A DNA stretch of 64,000 nt from Patescibacteria group bacterium (lineage in GTDB: Bacteria; Patescibacteriota; Minisyncoccia; UBA6257; 02-FULL-45-10c): positions 3,070 through 67,069 of the forward strand of contig JAGWYA010000002.1 of assembly GCA_018969615.1 (NCBI GenBank), read 5' to 3'. The notes beneath the pieces are model-generated. The model searched no databases. It saw nothing but the letters and a program-made list of their open reading frames with translations, and was not told where the DNA came from. Below are positions 9,099 through 19,042 of this stretch, piece by piece (position 1 is the first letter of the stretch; each line of letters begins with the position of its first letter). A program made the translations under genes and the position numbers.

Positions 9099-10955
9099 AT
9101 GCCACAGCGCTCCCATCCTTCACCGCTCAATACAACCCAGGAACAAGCGGTCCGCCATTCCGGAGGACCGCTTTTGATCGCCGCCGGCGCCGGATCGGGA
9201 AAAACGAAAACGCTTACGAGCCGGCTTTTGCATCTTTTGGAGACCGGCGTCGCTCCGCAGGCGATCATTGCGATCACGTTCACCAACAAAGCCGCGAAAG
9301 AAATGAGGTCGAGAATAACGAATAATGAATTAGGAATAACGAACGGGGCGACTGATGAAAAAAAGAGCGGCGTAATTCATAATTCGAAATTCATACTTCC
9401 ATTTATAGGAACGTTCCACGCGCTCGGCGTCCGCATCCTGAAAGAAGAAGCGCACTGGGTGGGACGCACATCACACTTCACGATCTTCGACGACGAGGAT
9501 AGCGCGAGCCTGATCAAATCGATCCTGAAAGAACTGCAGCTCTCCAAGGACCGCTTCAGTCCGTACGCCGTCATCGGCCAGATCTCACGGATCAAGAATG
9601 AATTGATCAATGTCGATGAGTACGCGGACGAAGGCCGCTATGAACACACGATCGCGACCGTCTACCGGAAATATAATGAAACACTCCTGCACAGCAACGC
9701 GTTCGATTTTGACGATCTCATCGAGAAGGTCGTCCGCATCTTCCTTGAGCATCCCGAAGTGCTCGCCAAATACCGCGCCCGCTGGCAGTATGTTCTCGTC
9801 GATGAGTTCCAGGACGTGAACACGAACCAGTACCTGTTCGTAAAACTGCTCGCCCAGGAGCACAAGAACATCTTCGTGATCGGCGACGACGCGCAAAGCA
9901 TCTATGCGTTCCGCGGTTCCGATTTCCGGAACTTCCTCAATTTCGAAAAGGACTGGCCGGATGCGAAGGTGATCCTGCTGACCGAGAACTACCGTTCCAC
10001 GAAAAATATCATCAACGCCGCCTCGGCGCTCATCAAACATAATTCGTTCCAAAAGCCGAAGGATCTCTGGACCAGCAACCCGGAAGGGGAGCTGATCAAC
10101 GTTATGGCGTTCCAGAACGCCGAGGAGGAAGCGGTCTCGGTCGCCCAGCGGGTCCGCGAAGCGCTCGGCGGCGGCGAATCTCCGAAAGAGATCGCGGTCC
10201 TGTACCGTACGAACGCGCAATCCCGCGCGCTCGAGCAATCGCTCATCAGGAACAACATTCCGTACGAGATCTACGGCGGGCTGAAGTTCTATGCCCGCAA
10301 GGAGATCAAGGACATTGTCTCCGCGATCCGGTACGCGTTCAATCCGAAGGACCGCTCCGCGATCGACCGCATCACGAAAACGTTCAATAAAGGCCCGCGC
10401 ATCGCGCTTCTGGAAGCGCTTCCGCGTCTTGCCGAAGAAAGGCTGTCGCTCGTTGAACTGATCCAATATTTCCTTGAAGAGACCCGCTACACCGAATTCC
10501 TCGCCCTTCATTTCAAAAATCCCGATGAACGCCTTGAGAACATCAAAGAACTGATCCAATTTGCCGCGAGCTTCAACGATCCGCATGATTTCATCGAGCA
10601 GGTGACGCTGTTATCCTCGCTCGACGGCCGGCCGAAACTGCAGGAGAACGCGGTGAAACTGATGACGATCCATCTGTCCAAGGGCCTTGAGTTCGACCGC
10701 GTCTTCATCGTCGGCGCGAACGAAGGACTGCTTCCGCATGAACGCTCAATGATAAAGAACGATGACCTCGAAGAAGAGCGGCGCCTGATGTATGTCGCCA
10801 TAACCCGCGCCCGGAAACATCTCACGATCAGCTTTTATGATCTGCCGTCGCGGTTCCTCGGCGAACTGCCGCCGGAACTCATCGCATTCACGAAAGTCAG
10901 CAGTTACGGCGCCGAAACCCGCGACTGGGATGATGAAACGATATACTTAGAATAA
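9099..10955 (+). CDS. uvrD: UvrD/PcrA ATP-dependent DNA helicase
   Basis: AGAGSGKT, TFTNKAA, GTFH, VDEFQD, GDDAQSIY, NYRST, LYRTNAQS, MTIHLSKGLEF, EERRLMYVAITRA; ~29-codon insertion at 9313-9399. Confidence 0.95.
   Translation: MPQRSHPSPLNTTQEQAVRHSGGPLLIAAGAGSGKTKTLTSRLLHLLETGVAPQAIIAITFTNKAAKEMRSRITNNELGITNGATDEKKSGVIHNSKFILPFIGTFHALGVRILKEEAHWVGRTSHFTIFDDEDSASLIKSILKELQLSKDRFSPYAVIGQISRIKNELINVDEYADEGRYEHTIATVYRKYNETLLHSNAFDFDDLIEKVVRIFLEHPEVLAKYRARWQYVLVDEFQDVNTNQYLFVKLLAQEHKNIFVIGDDAQSIYAFRGSDFRNFLNFEKDWPDAKVILLTENYRSTKNIINAASALIKHNSFQKPKDLWTSNPEGELINVMAFQNAEEEAVSVAQRVREALGGGESPKEIAVLYRTNAQSRALEQSLIRNNIPYEIYGGLKFYARKEIKDIVSAIRYAFNPKDRSAIDRITKTFNKGPRIALLEALPRLAEERLSLVELIQYFLEETRYTEFLALHFKNPDERLENIKELIQFAASFNDPHDFIEQVTLLSSLDGRPKLQENAVKLMTIHLSKGLEFDRVFIVGANEGLLPHERSMIKNDDLEEERRLMYVAITRARKHLTISFYDLPSRFLGELPPELIAFTKVSSYGAETRDWDDETIYLE
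9313..9399. repeat. Inverted GAATNNN heptamer arrays inserted in frame in uvrD
   Basis: GAATAAC GAATAAT GAATTAG GAATAAC - 31 nt - GTAATTC ATAATTC GAAATTC ATACTTC; 87 nt total. Confidence 0.85.
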
Positions 10956-10977
10956 GGAAGTATGAATAAGGAATCAG
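10950..10977 (+). repeat. Left heptamer array of the four-helix-bundle cassette
   Basis: GAATAAG GAAGTAT GAATAAG GAATCAG; contains the uvrD stop and the next ATG. Confidence 0.85.
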
Positions 10978-11351
10978 GGAAAATAAGAAACTTTCAGGAC
11001 CTCGATGCATGGAGAGAAGGGCATCTCTTGGTTTTAGAGACCTATAAGGTCACAAAAAAATTCCCCAGGGAAGAAATTTTTGGATTGATAAGTCAGATGC
11101 GGCGGTGCGCGGTATCAATTACTTCTAATATTGCTGAAGGATTCAGTAGGCAGTCCTACAAAGAAAAGTTGCAATTTTATTCAATATCGCAAGGATCGGT
11201 CACTGAACTCCAAAATCAACTGCTTATATCAAAAGATGTGGGCTATATGGACGAAAGTGAATTTCAAAAAATTTCCGAACAGTCGATAAAAGTACATAAG
11301 ATCATAAACGGCCTGATCAGGCATTCTAAGGCCGTAATTCCTAATTCCTAA
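10962..11351 (+). CDS. Four helix bundle protein (TIGR02436 / 23S rRNA IVS-protein / bAvd-like fold)
   Basis: FQDLDAW, FPREEIFGLISQMRRCAVSITSNIAEG, SQGSVTELQNQL signature; lower GC than neighbours. Confidence 0.92.
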   Translation: MNKESGKIRNFQDLDAWREGHLLVLETYKVTKKFPREEIFGLISQMRRCAVSITSNIAEGFSRQSYKEKLQFYSISQGSVTELQNQLLISKDVGYMDESEFQKISEQSIKVHKIINGLIRHSKAVIPNS

Positions 11352-11361
11352 TTCGAAATTC
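11334..11361 (-). repeat. Right (inverted) heptamer array of the four-helix-bundle cassette
   Basis: GTAATTC CTAATTC CTAATTC GAAATTC; contains the gene's stop and abuts the ksgA ATG. Confidence 0.85.
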
Positions 11362-12183
11362 ATGAGCCAATACCTGGGGCAACATTTTCTGAAAAATAAA
11401 ACCGCCGCGCGCAAGATCGTGAACGCGCTTGCCATCAAACCGGGCGATACCGTGATCGAGATCGGCCCGGGCAAAGGAGCGCTGACTGGCGATCTTCATC
11501 GCGCCGTGACGAATGCCAAAGGAAAACTTATCCTTGTCGAGATCGACCGGGATATCGCCGTCACACTTCATGAAAAATATTCATCGGATCCGGTCGTGAA
11601 GATCGTGAACGCCGATGCGCTGACCGCACTGCCTGAGGTCATTGCCGGGCTCGAAGATCGGCCCTACGCCATTATCGGCAATATTCCGTATTACATCACC
11701 GGGAAGCTCCTGCGCACCATCGGCGATCTCCCGCATCTTCCGCAACGCACGGTTCTCATGATCCAAAAAGAAGTTGCGGAACGAGTCTCTGCGCGGCCGC
11801 CTCGCATGAATCTGCTTGCCGCCGCCGTACAGCTGTGGGCTGAACCGAAACTGCTCTTCACGCTCTCTCCGGAGGATTTCGATCCGCCGCCGCAGGTCAA
11901 TTCCGCGGTCATCAGTCTTGGAAACCGCCCGGCGCAAGCCGATGAGCACGATCGTGATGCGTATTACCGCCTGCTCCATATCATCTTCAAGCAGCCGCGG
12001 AAAACCCTTCTCAATAACCTCGCCGAAGGGGCTTCCCAGACAAAATCAGAACTTGAAGAGCTCATCGCACCCCTCGGATACGACCAGAAAACACGCCCCC
12101 AGGAGCTTTCCGTCGACCGGATCAGAACTTTGGCATCACTGTTTAAAGAAAAGGGTATTGAGATCCCCTCTCTCCGTTCATAA
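11362..12183 (+). CDS. rsmA: 16S rRNA (adenine-N6,N6)-dimethyltransferase
   Basis: LGQHFL, IEIGPGKGALT, GNIPYYIT, QKEVAER, FDPPPQVNS, RKTLLNNL. Confidence 0.95.
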   Translation: MSQYLGQHFLKNKTAARKIVNALAIKPGDTVIEIGPGKGALTGDLHRAVTNAKGKLILVEIDRDIAVTLHEKYSSDPVVKIVNADALTALPEVIAGLEDRPYAIIGNIPYYITGKLLRTIGDLPHLPQRTVLMIQKEVAERVSARPPRMNLLAAAVQLWAEPKLLFTLSPEDFDPPPQVNSAVISLGNRPAQADEHDRDAYYRLLHIIFKQPRKTLLNNLAEGASQTKSELEELIAPLGYDQKTRPQELSVDRIRTLASLFKEKGIEIPSLRS

Positions 12184-12304
12184 CCGCTCCCGAACAGCCA
12201 CTTATACACCCTTATTCTATTGTTCTTCACGAAGAAAAGGAGATATAATAGTGACAGATGTCGATCTGTGTCAAATCAGCCTTTTTGAGACGCTGATCAC
12301 GTCA

Positions 12305-13084
12305 ATGACAATGGGGAAGGCACTGCTTGCAACAACTATTGTAGGGATCGCCCTCGTCGGCGCAGTCTTTTTGATACAAAAAAACAACGTCCCTACGCCG
12401 GCATCCGATGCGGCACAAACATCAGGAGCGAATAACATCGCCTCTTCTCAACCGTTCGTCGAAAAAGCACCGATCGACCAGCTTGCGGCGCTCACCCCGG
12501 GCACAAACCTGACCCAAGAATTCGGTGACGTTCTTGCGCAAGAGATCAGCAATGGAAATCCGGGTGGGCCTACAAACCTTAATGGACAAAATTCGATCGG
12601 CGTGCCAAACGCAGATACCTTTGCACAAAACCTTATCAGTCAGGCGGTTACAAAGTTCGATCCCTCAAAACTTTCCCCGGTCGTTAATGATTCCGATCTG
12701 CATATTATCCAAGATAACAGCAAGGCTGCGGTTATGAATTATGTCAGCCAACTTCATGCGATTGTCGTCGATGAAGCGCATGCGATTCCTTCTGGAGTTG
12801 TTTCAGATAATCCGACCATTGATCAGGTCACAACGCTCGTGCCGATCTATAAGGATATGCTCACCAAAGTCTTTGCCCTTTCCGTACCAAGTGTCGCTAT
12901 CGACATCCAAAAAAAAGAATTGGAATTGCTTATGAAAAAGGCGTATATTCTTTCGGCGATCGCAAACTATAAGAACGATCCGGTTACCACTATTCTCGTT
13001 TCCCAAGAGCTGGTCACTGTCGATCAAGAATTCAGCGATCTTTCAAATTCCGTAAAGGCGCTTATTCAAAAATATTCAGCATAA
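12305..13084 (+). CDS. Hypothetical membrane-anchored protein, first gene of T4SS-like cluster
   Basis: N-terminal hydrophobic helix; TATAAT at 12244; the longer ORF call overlaps rsmA and is rejected. Confidence 0.75.
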   Translation: MTMGKALLATTIVGIALVGAVFLIQKNNVPTPASDAAQTSGANNIASSQPFVEKAPIDQLAALTPGTNLTQEFGDVLAQEISNGNPGGPTNLNGQNSIGVPNADTFAQNLISQAVTKFDPSKLSPVVNDSDLHIIQDNSKAAVMNYVSQLHAIVVDEAHAIPSGVVSDNPTIDQVTTLVPIYKDMLTKVFALSVPSVAIDIQKKELELLMKKAYILSAIANYKNDPVTTILVSQELVTVDQEFSDLSNSVKALIQKYSA

Positions 13085-13087
13085 AAC

Positions 13088-14665
13088 ATGCGCTATAAGA
13101 ATATACAAAAGATTATTGCGGGAATCCTTATAGGAACACTATTCTTCCCTCAATTAAGCGCTCTTCAGGCGCCGGCACCAAAAGCTCACGCTGTCTTGGG
13201 CGTAGGCGATATTACATTTACTGATGTGATCATGGACCCGACCACGCTTCTCTATTATTCAGATATGGTGACGGCCACTGATCTCAACTCCAGCGCAAAT
13301 ACAGCTTCATGGGCAACAAAAATATTAGAACTTGCAAAACAGGTCGCCTATGCCGCTTTCAAAGCCGCGATCCTCGATCAACTCGTGCAGGCGCTTATTA
13401 ATTGGATAAACAATGACGGCAAAGGACCGATCATCGCCGATTGGAATCAATTCTTCTATAATGCCGAAAATAACGCTGCGGGCGCGTTCATTGACGGACT
13501 TTCCGGAGGTGTCCTTTGTTCGCCATTCAACCTCCAGGTCCAACTTTCACTTGCGCCGGTACAGAATTTTAGCGATGTCACCTGTACGCTTAATCAAGTG
13601 ATCGGCAATATTGATAGCTTTATAAGCGACTTCCGCAATGGAAGCTGGCTTGCCTATCAGCAGATCTGGGACCCTCAAAATAACTTCTATGGTGCGGCCA
13701 TGATCGCCCAAGATGATCTGTTGAAACAAGAGTATAGCGCCGTCAATACATCACAAACCGAAGGAATAGCCGGACAAGGGTTCCTGTCCTTTACAAAATG
13801 CGATTATACGCCAGATCCTAACGGATCATATGTGCAAGTAGGAGGAAATTACATTCTTGCAAGTACTAATAATGCCAGCTCTCGATATTCAAAATCATGT
13901 CACGTTACCACGCCAGCTCAGGTCGCCGTTGAAGCGACAAAACAAGCACTGGTTGATGTCGGGATCGGGAATATTATAAACTCGCAGGATCTTTCCGCAT
14001 ATCTTACGGCGATCTTCAATGCGGCGATCAATCGATTGAAAGTAGCGGCAGCGAACGGTTTAGTTGGCCTTCTTTCGGACGCAACGCAAGGGGTGCATGT
14101 CAATCCGGTCTTCCCCTGTGCCGGAATTACCGGGCAGGCGTTTACCGCATGCATGCAATCGGTCAACTCTGAAAAGAATCTGGCGACAAGCTATCAGGAT
14201 CAGAGCAACACACTGGTTACCAGCGTGCTTGATGTTCGCCAGCAGATCAATGATACGCTTACCCAGGCGATCGCCCTCGAATCGCCGTATGTCGATGCGC
14301 TTACTCAGCTTTCAGCATGCCAGGCAAGCGCTACCGCAACACTCGCGACCGAACAGGGAATTCTCAATTCGCTCCAAGATTCACTGTCAACAAACCAAAC
14401 TTATCTTGATACCCTCAACGGTCTTTCAACGCCGATCGTCACTGCAACCAGTTCAAGCGTAACCGCGGATGATCTGGCAAAGATAAGCGCCATAGCCTCA
14501 GCTGCGACCGCAGCCGCAAATAATATCGGCGACGCTAACGCCGCTCTTCAAGATGCGAAAAACCAGCTCCAAACGATCCAAGCGAACGTCTCGGCGAATC
14601 TCCCGGGGATCCAAGCCCAGCTTCTCTCCTGCCCGGTCATAAGCGCAACAAGTACAACGCCTTAA
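13088..14665 (+). CDS. Secreted helical protein of T4SS-like cluster
   Basis: Signal peptide ending AHA, paired cysteines, long Ala/Gln/Thr-rich coiled-coil C-terminus. Confidence 0.75.
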   Translation: MRYKNIQKIIAGILIGTLFFPQLSALQAPAPKAHAVLGVGDITFTDVIMDPTTLLYYSDMVTATDLNSSANTASWATKILELAKQVAYAAFKAAILDQLVQALINWINNDGKGPIIADWNQFFYNAENNAAGAFIDGLSGGVLCSPFNLQVQLSLAPVQNFSDVTCTLNQVIGNIDSFISDFRNGSWLAYQQIWDPQNNFYGAAMIAQDDLLKQEYSAVNTSQTEGIAGQGFLSFTKCDYTPDPNGSYVQVGGNYILASTNNASSRYSKSCHVTTPAQVAVEATKQALVDVGIGNIINSQDLSAYLTAIFNAAINRLKVAAANGLVGLLSDATQGVHVNPVFPCAGITGQAFTACMQSVNSEKNLATSYQDQSNTLVTSVLDVRQQINDTLTQAIALESPYVDALTQLSACQASATATLATEQGILNSLQDSLSTNQTYLDTLNGLSTPIVTATSSSVTADDLAKISAIASAATAAANNIGDANAALQDAKNQLQTIQANVSANLPGIQAQLLSCPVISATSTTP

Positions 14666-14682
14666 AAGACTAACTTCAACCC

Positions 14683-16707
14683 ATGAATCGCGATCGATCC
14701 TCAAAATATCTTCTTCTCCTTACCGGCGCGCTATTCGTTGGATTAACGCCGTATGCACATGCTGCGAGCGTGGCAACGGCCGTTGGAACCCTGATCGGTG
14801 GAGTTACGTTGGGCGCTGTCCTGCTTCCGATGTCTCTTACGGCGTATCTTTTCGGATACATCGCAAGCTGGTTCGTTACGATCGGCGGCACGCTGACCAA
14901 TTGGTCGCTTGATCTTAACAGCCAGTTATTAAATAGTCCGATCGTTCAAACTGGATGGGTCGCATCCCGCGATCTTGCCAACCTTGGTTTTGTCCTTGCG
15001 ATCATTCTAATTGCTTTCGTTACGATCGTGCGCTATGAATCCTATGATTCAAAGAAAATGCTGGTCCGCCTTATCAGCGCAGCTCTTCTCGTTAATTTCA
15101 GCCTCGTCATTGCTGGCGTCTTCATTGATTTCACCGGTATTACCACAAATTTCTTCCTCAGTAATGCAACAAGTGGAGACCTCACGTCCGTGGGACAAGA
15201 ACTTACCAGCGCCTTTAGAGCACAAACGCTTTTTCAGCAAAACAACAGTGAATCGACGATCCAAAACTATGTGCAGGGCTTGTCGAACGATGTAAATAAA
15301 AAGATTGTCTTCCTTGCAACGGAAACATTCGTCGGCGTCTTTACCAGCCTGACCGCGATCTCTCTTCTTACGATAGCGGCAATGCTTTATATTCGCTATA
15401 TTGCGCTTACGATCCTGCTGATCCTTGCACCGCTTGCGTGGCTGATGTGGATCTGGCCTGATCTTGAGCGGTATTGGCATGAATGGTGGAGCTCATTCAT
15501 GAAATGGGCGTTCTTCGCTCCGGCGGTTTCATTCTTTATCTATCTTGCGATCAAGATAGCAACTGATTATGCCTCTAAAACTCCAAGCGCTATTGCAATT
15601 CCGGTCACAGGAACTGACTCGCTTGTTAACCTTGTTCAAAACTTCGGTTCGATCTTTGGACAAATGCTTGCGGTTCTCGGGATCCTCTATGGCGGACTTT
15701 ATGCCGCGAACCGGATGGGTATCGCCGGAGCCGGATTCGGTATCGCTATGGCAGGGAAAGTAAAGGGATATGTGACCGGAGCGCCTGCAGTTGCCGGGGG
15801 ATATGTCATGGGTGGTCATGGAGTCGGCGGATTAATGAATCGCGCAAGCACCGCAGTGACCGGAAAAACAGTCACTGAAAATCTGAGAGGGGTCACTGGA
15901 AATAGGCTCTTGCAAAGCATCCCGGTCGTTCGAACTGCGATGCAAGAAGCGAACAAGAACCTTGGCGCATTCGATGAGAAACGCATTGATGATCTTATGA
16001 AGCATTACAATTCCCTTGATCGAGAGACTCGGGCAAATTCCGGCGTAGGTGGTTTTGCCGATCCGGTTGAGCGCGCTGCATGGATGGCATCGATGGCGAA
16101 GAATAATCAGTTAAAAGATGCTAAGACGAAACTTGGTGAATCTCGTTATGACAGCATTGCGCAAGAGACTCTAAAAGTGGGCGGGCGGACTATTTCAAAA
16201 GAACTCCTTTCGCGCGATCCAGAACTTGCGCGCTTCAAGGTTGATCCTGGAGCGAGCGAGTGGAAAGGAAAGAGTTCTTCAGAAATTCGCGCTGCTCAAA
16301 AGCTTGAAGTGGCAAAGGCCTATAAAGATATTGCACAGGAAGCGGTTGAAAATATTTCTGCAGCTCAATTCGTAGAAAATCCGGAAAACCTTGCCCAGAT
16401 CCGCACTTCTTTCCTCGTTGCGTTCGGCGAGAAGCGAAGTCATGAAGATAAGGAGCTTATGATGTCCAAGTTAGGCGATCAGATCAAAAACCTTCAATCG
16501 AATGTTACAACTTTGTCGAGCGAACAGCGCGGTCTCTTAAACAATCTTTCGGCAAAATTAAACTTTATGGCAAAGAGCCCCTCATGGACTCCGTATGTAA
16601 CCCAGGATCTTTTACCGTTCCTTAAAAAAGGAGTTCGCAGAACGCTCGAGGGGATCGTAGAAGAGGAGGAAGAGACAAAAAATACTAAAGAAAATACTGA
16701 GAAATAG
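14683..16707 (+). CDS. VirB6/TrbL-like polytopic membrane protein
   Basis: Many TM helices, GW..RDLAN, LLVNFS, RYIALTILLILAPLAW, Gly-rich linker, charged cytoplasmic tail; upstream of PrgI and VirB4. Confidence 0.75.
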   Translation: MNRDRSSKYLLLLTGALFVGLTPYAHAASVATAVGTLIGGVTLGAVLLPMSLTAYLFGYIASWFVTIGGTLTNWSLDLNSQLLNSPIVQTGWVASRDLANLGFVLAIILIAFVTIVRYESYDSKKMLVRLISAALLVNFSLVIAGVFIDFTGITTNFFLSNATSGDLTSVGQELTSAFRAQTLFQQNNSESTIQNYVQGLSNDVNKKIVFLATETFVGVFTSLTAISLLTIAAMLYIRYIALTILLILAPLAWLMWIWPDLERYWHEWWSSFMKWAFFAPAVSFFIYLAIKIATDYASKTPSAIAIPVTGTDSLVNLVQNFGSIFGQMLAVLGILYGGLYAANRMGIAGAGFGIAMAGKVKGYVTGAPAVAGGYVMGGHGVGGLMNRASTAVTGKTVTENLRGVTGNRLLQSIPVVRTAMQEANKNLGAFDEKRIDDLMKHYNSLDRETRANSGVGGFADPVERAAWMASMAKNNQLKDAKTKLGESRYDSIAQETLKVGGRTISKELLSRDPELARFKVDPGASEWKGKSSSEIRAAQKLEVAKAYKDIAQEAVENISAAQFVENPENLAQIRTSFLVAFGEKRSHEDKELMMSKLGDQIKNLQSNVTTLSSEQRGLLNNLSAKLNFMAKSPSWTPYVTQDLLPFLKKGVRRTLEGIVEEEEETKNTKENTEK

Positions 16708-16710
16708 CAT

Positions 16711-17808
16711 ATGAATCCCTCTGAATCAAAAACGTTCCAGGAAAAGTTCTCTTTACTTCCCGATAAGATCAAAGAATGGCTTTCTTCAGAAGAGCTGGTC
16801 TATATCATCGGCGATATTGAGACCAAGCTTGGTTTGAGCGACGAAAAAGTACTTGTCATTCCAAGTCTTATCTTGCGCCTTGTGGTACAAGACATTGAAC
16901 CGCAGGATTTCACCAATACGCTTTCCCAGGAACTTGGCGTTTCTTCATTGATCGCAAAAACGATCGCTGAAGAGGTTGAAAAAAATGCATTGCGTCCGAT
17001 CGAGGGGGAGTTGCGTTCAAAGACCGGAATTGAAACAAAGCTTATCTACCATCCTCGTGCAGCAGAAAAAGAAGAGGCTCCAAGACCATCAGTGGCCACA
17101 GCTAAGACCGCAGAGGGTCCGGCATCACTCCCTCAGGAAACTCCGCGTCCGGCAGTTCAGGCAGCATCTCAGCCGAAGCCAGTCATGCCAGCAACCCCTT
17201 CTCCGCGCCCGATCTCGCCGCTCACCTTCACCGCCGGTCCGCAAAAAGAAATAAAACTTCCGGAACCTCCGAAGATGCCGTCTTCGGGAACTCCACAGAC
17301 AAAACCGGCGGCGCCAAGCCAGCCGATCCCGCCCGTTTCTCCTATACCATCCAGGATGCCGACCGCGGCACCAAAACCACAGCCGATTCAGCGGCCTATG
17401 CCGTCTCCTGCGGTAGAGCCGCAACCCGCAGCAGCGCCATTTATACTCCATCAGGAGGCAAGTCCGACCGTCGCGCCGTCGATCGCTCCGCAGCAACATA
17501 TAACCTCTGCGCCGAAACAAAGCCTGACCATGAAGATACAGAATTACTACCAATCCATGGGAACGGCCGAGCGTCCGATCTCAAAACCTGTCTCGGTCCA
17601 AACAGAGATCCCAATCGCGCCGCGCGCTTCAACGCCCCCTGCCGCACCGGACATAAAGCCGACTCCCCAAACCGAACAGGCGCGCGTCGTTCATTATAGC
17701 TCGTTCCGAACTCCGATAACTCCGGAAGGAACGACAAAGATCGAGCCGAAAGCACCAACGCCAAAAGCACCGAATCAGAACGTAGTTGATCTCAGAAAAT
17801 TCATGTAG
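16711..17808 (+). CDS. Hypothetical protein, helical N-domain plus long Pro-rich tail
   Basis: ORF in operon; ~110-aa globular N-terminus then P/A/Q/T-rich region ending VVDLRKF. Confidence 0.75.
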   Translation: MNPSESKTFQEKFSLLPDKIKEWLSSEELVYIIGDIETKLGLSDEKVLVIPSLILRLVVQDIEPQDFTNTLSQELGVSSLIAKTIAEEVEKNALRPIEGELRSKTGIETKLIYHPRAAEKEEAPRPSVATAKTAEGPASLPQETPRPAVQAASQPKPVMPATPSPRPISPLTFTAGPQKEIKLPEPPKMPSSGTPQTKPAAPSQPIPPVSPIPSRMPTAAPKPQPIQRPMPSPAVEPQPAAAPFILHQEASPTVAPSIAPQQHITSAPKQSLTMKIQNYYQSMGTAERPISKPVSVQTEIPIAPRASTPPAAPDIKPTPQTEQARVVHYSSFRTPITPEGTTKIEPKAPTPKAPNQNVVDLRKFM

Positions 17809-17817
17809 GCGTTTGCC

Positions 17818-18327
17818 ATGCAATTCCAGGTCCCTCAATTCATTGAAACAGAAGATAAGATCGTCGGACCGCTGACCCTGACCCAATTCCTGTATGTTGC
17901 GGCGGGCGGCGGGGTCTGCTTTATTCTCTTCTTCTTCCTTCAGACCCCGCTCTGGATCTTTTTTGTGCTTCTGATCATGCCGGCATCCGTTTCGCTTGCT
18001 TTCGTGAAGATCAACGGGCGCTCGCTTCCGGTCGTACTCCTTGCGGCGCTCGGCTACTACTGGAAACCGCGGTTTTATATTTGGCAGCGCGAAGAAGAAG
18101 CGGTTCCGACCATGCAGCTTCCTAAAATAGGCACGGGGGGTAGCACGCGTTCATTGCTTGATTCTCTGGTCGATCAGTTAAAAACAAGCAAGAACCCGAT
18201 CCCGAAACGCGAAAAAGCGATCGCACCGGCCATCACCGACCGCGTCAAAAGCAGCAAAGAACGATTTGAAACGCTCCGGAAGATCACAGGGGAGGCTGAA
18301 ACAGCCCGCCGCGTTGATTACCGATAG
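17818..18327 (+). CDS. PrgI family protein (VirB3-like)
   Basis: MQFQVPQFIETEDKIVGPLTLTQF start, two TM helices, KINGR. Confidence 0.85.
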   Translation: MQFQVPQFIETEDKIVGPLTLTQFLYVAAGGGVCFILFFFLQTPLWIFFVLLIMPASVSLAFVKINGRSLPVVLLAALGYYWKPRFYIWQREEEAVPTMQLPKIGTGGSTRSLLDSLVDQLKTSKNPIPKREKAIAPAITDRVKSSKERFETLRKITGEAETARRVDYR

Positions 18328-18375
18328 GAATATTTCGTTTCATACTTTTCGCGTTTCCCTTTATACTAATAACGT

Positions 18376-19041
18376 ATGGCAAAGTCCCAAGAATCACTGC
18401 CGACGCAGCAATTCATCGGCATCGAATCGATCGATGCCGGCGTCGTAAAGCTCAAAGGCGGCGCGCTCCGCAAGGTTCTTTTAGTGTCCGGGATCAACTT
18501 TTCCTTGAAATCCGAGGAGGAGCAGGGACTTATCACGTATGCCTTTCAGGGATTCCTGAACTCGCTTAATTTTTCAGTACAGGTCTTTGTTCATTCGCGG
18601 AAATTAAATGTTGAGGAGTATTTGCAGAAGTTCGGCGAGCGCGAACAGCAGGAACCGAACCAGCTTCTGAAAAACCTGATCGTTGAATACCGGGAATTCA
18701 TCAAATCGTTCGTCTCTCAAAATGCGATCATGCAAAAAACGTTCTTCGTGATCGTCCCATATGATCCGGTCGGTCTTTCGAAAACCGGAGCGGGCATCGC
18801 CGATACGGTCCTTGGATTTTTCAAGCCGAAAACAGCCCAAGCCCCCGCAGCAAAACCGGAAGATGCCGCCGAGACCTTAGAACAATTGGATCAGCGCGTT
18901 GACCGTGTCGTCAGCGGCTTGAATCAAGTGGGTTTGCGCGCCGTCCCGCTGGATACCGATGAGCTCCTTGAGCTGTTCTACAATCTCTATAATCCGACCA
19001 CGACCGAGAAAAAAGGCATTGAATTCACCGAAAAGAAATAA
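18376..19041 (+). CDS. VirB4/TraC N-terminal-like accessory protein
   Basis: INFSLKSEEEQ, FLNSLNFSVQ, FFVIVPY, ELFYNLYNP; between PrgI and VirB4-like ATPase. Confidence 0.7.
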   Translation: MAKSQESLPTQQFIGIESIDAGVVKLKGGALRKVLLVSGINFSLKSEEEQGLITYAFQGFLNSLNFSVQVFVHSRKLNVEEYLQKFGEREQQEPNQLLKNLIVEYREFIKSFVSQNAIMQKTFFVIVPYDPVGLSKTGAGIADTVLGFFKPKTAQAPAAKPEDAAETLEQLDQRVDRVVSGLNQVGLRAVPLDTDELLELFYNLYNPTTTEKKGIEFTEKK

Positions 19042-19042
19042 T

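Noticed and set aside
8981-9289. Extended start of the LysM-M23 ORF
   Set aside because: The upstream part is antisense to the uvrD Walker A region; the real start lies at or somewhat upstream of 8980.
10962-11351. Diversity-generating retroelement, given the Avd-like fold
   Set aside because: No reverse transcriptase and no TR/VR pair with adenine-specific mismatches seen in the window.
11816-12304. N-terminal extension of the 422-aa ORF
   Set aside because: Overlaps rsmA in another frame; the TATAAT box and TM helix point to a start at 12305 or 12311.
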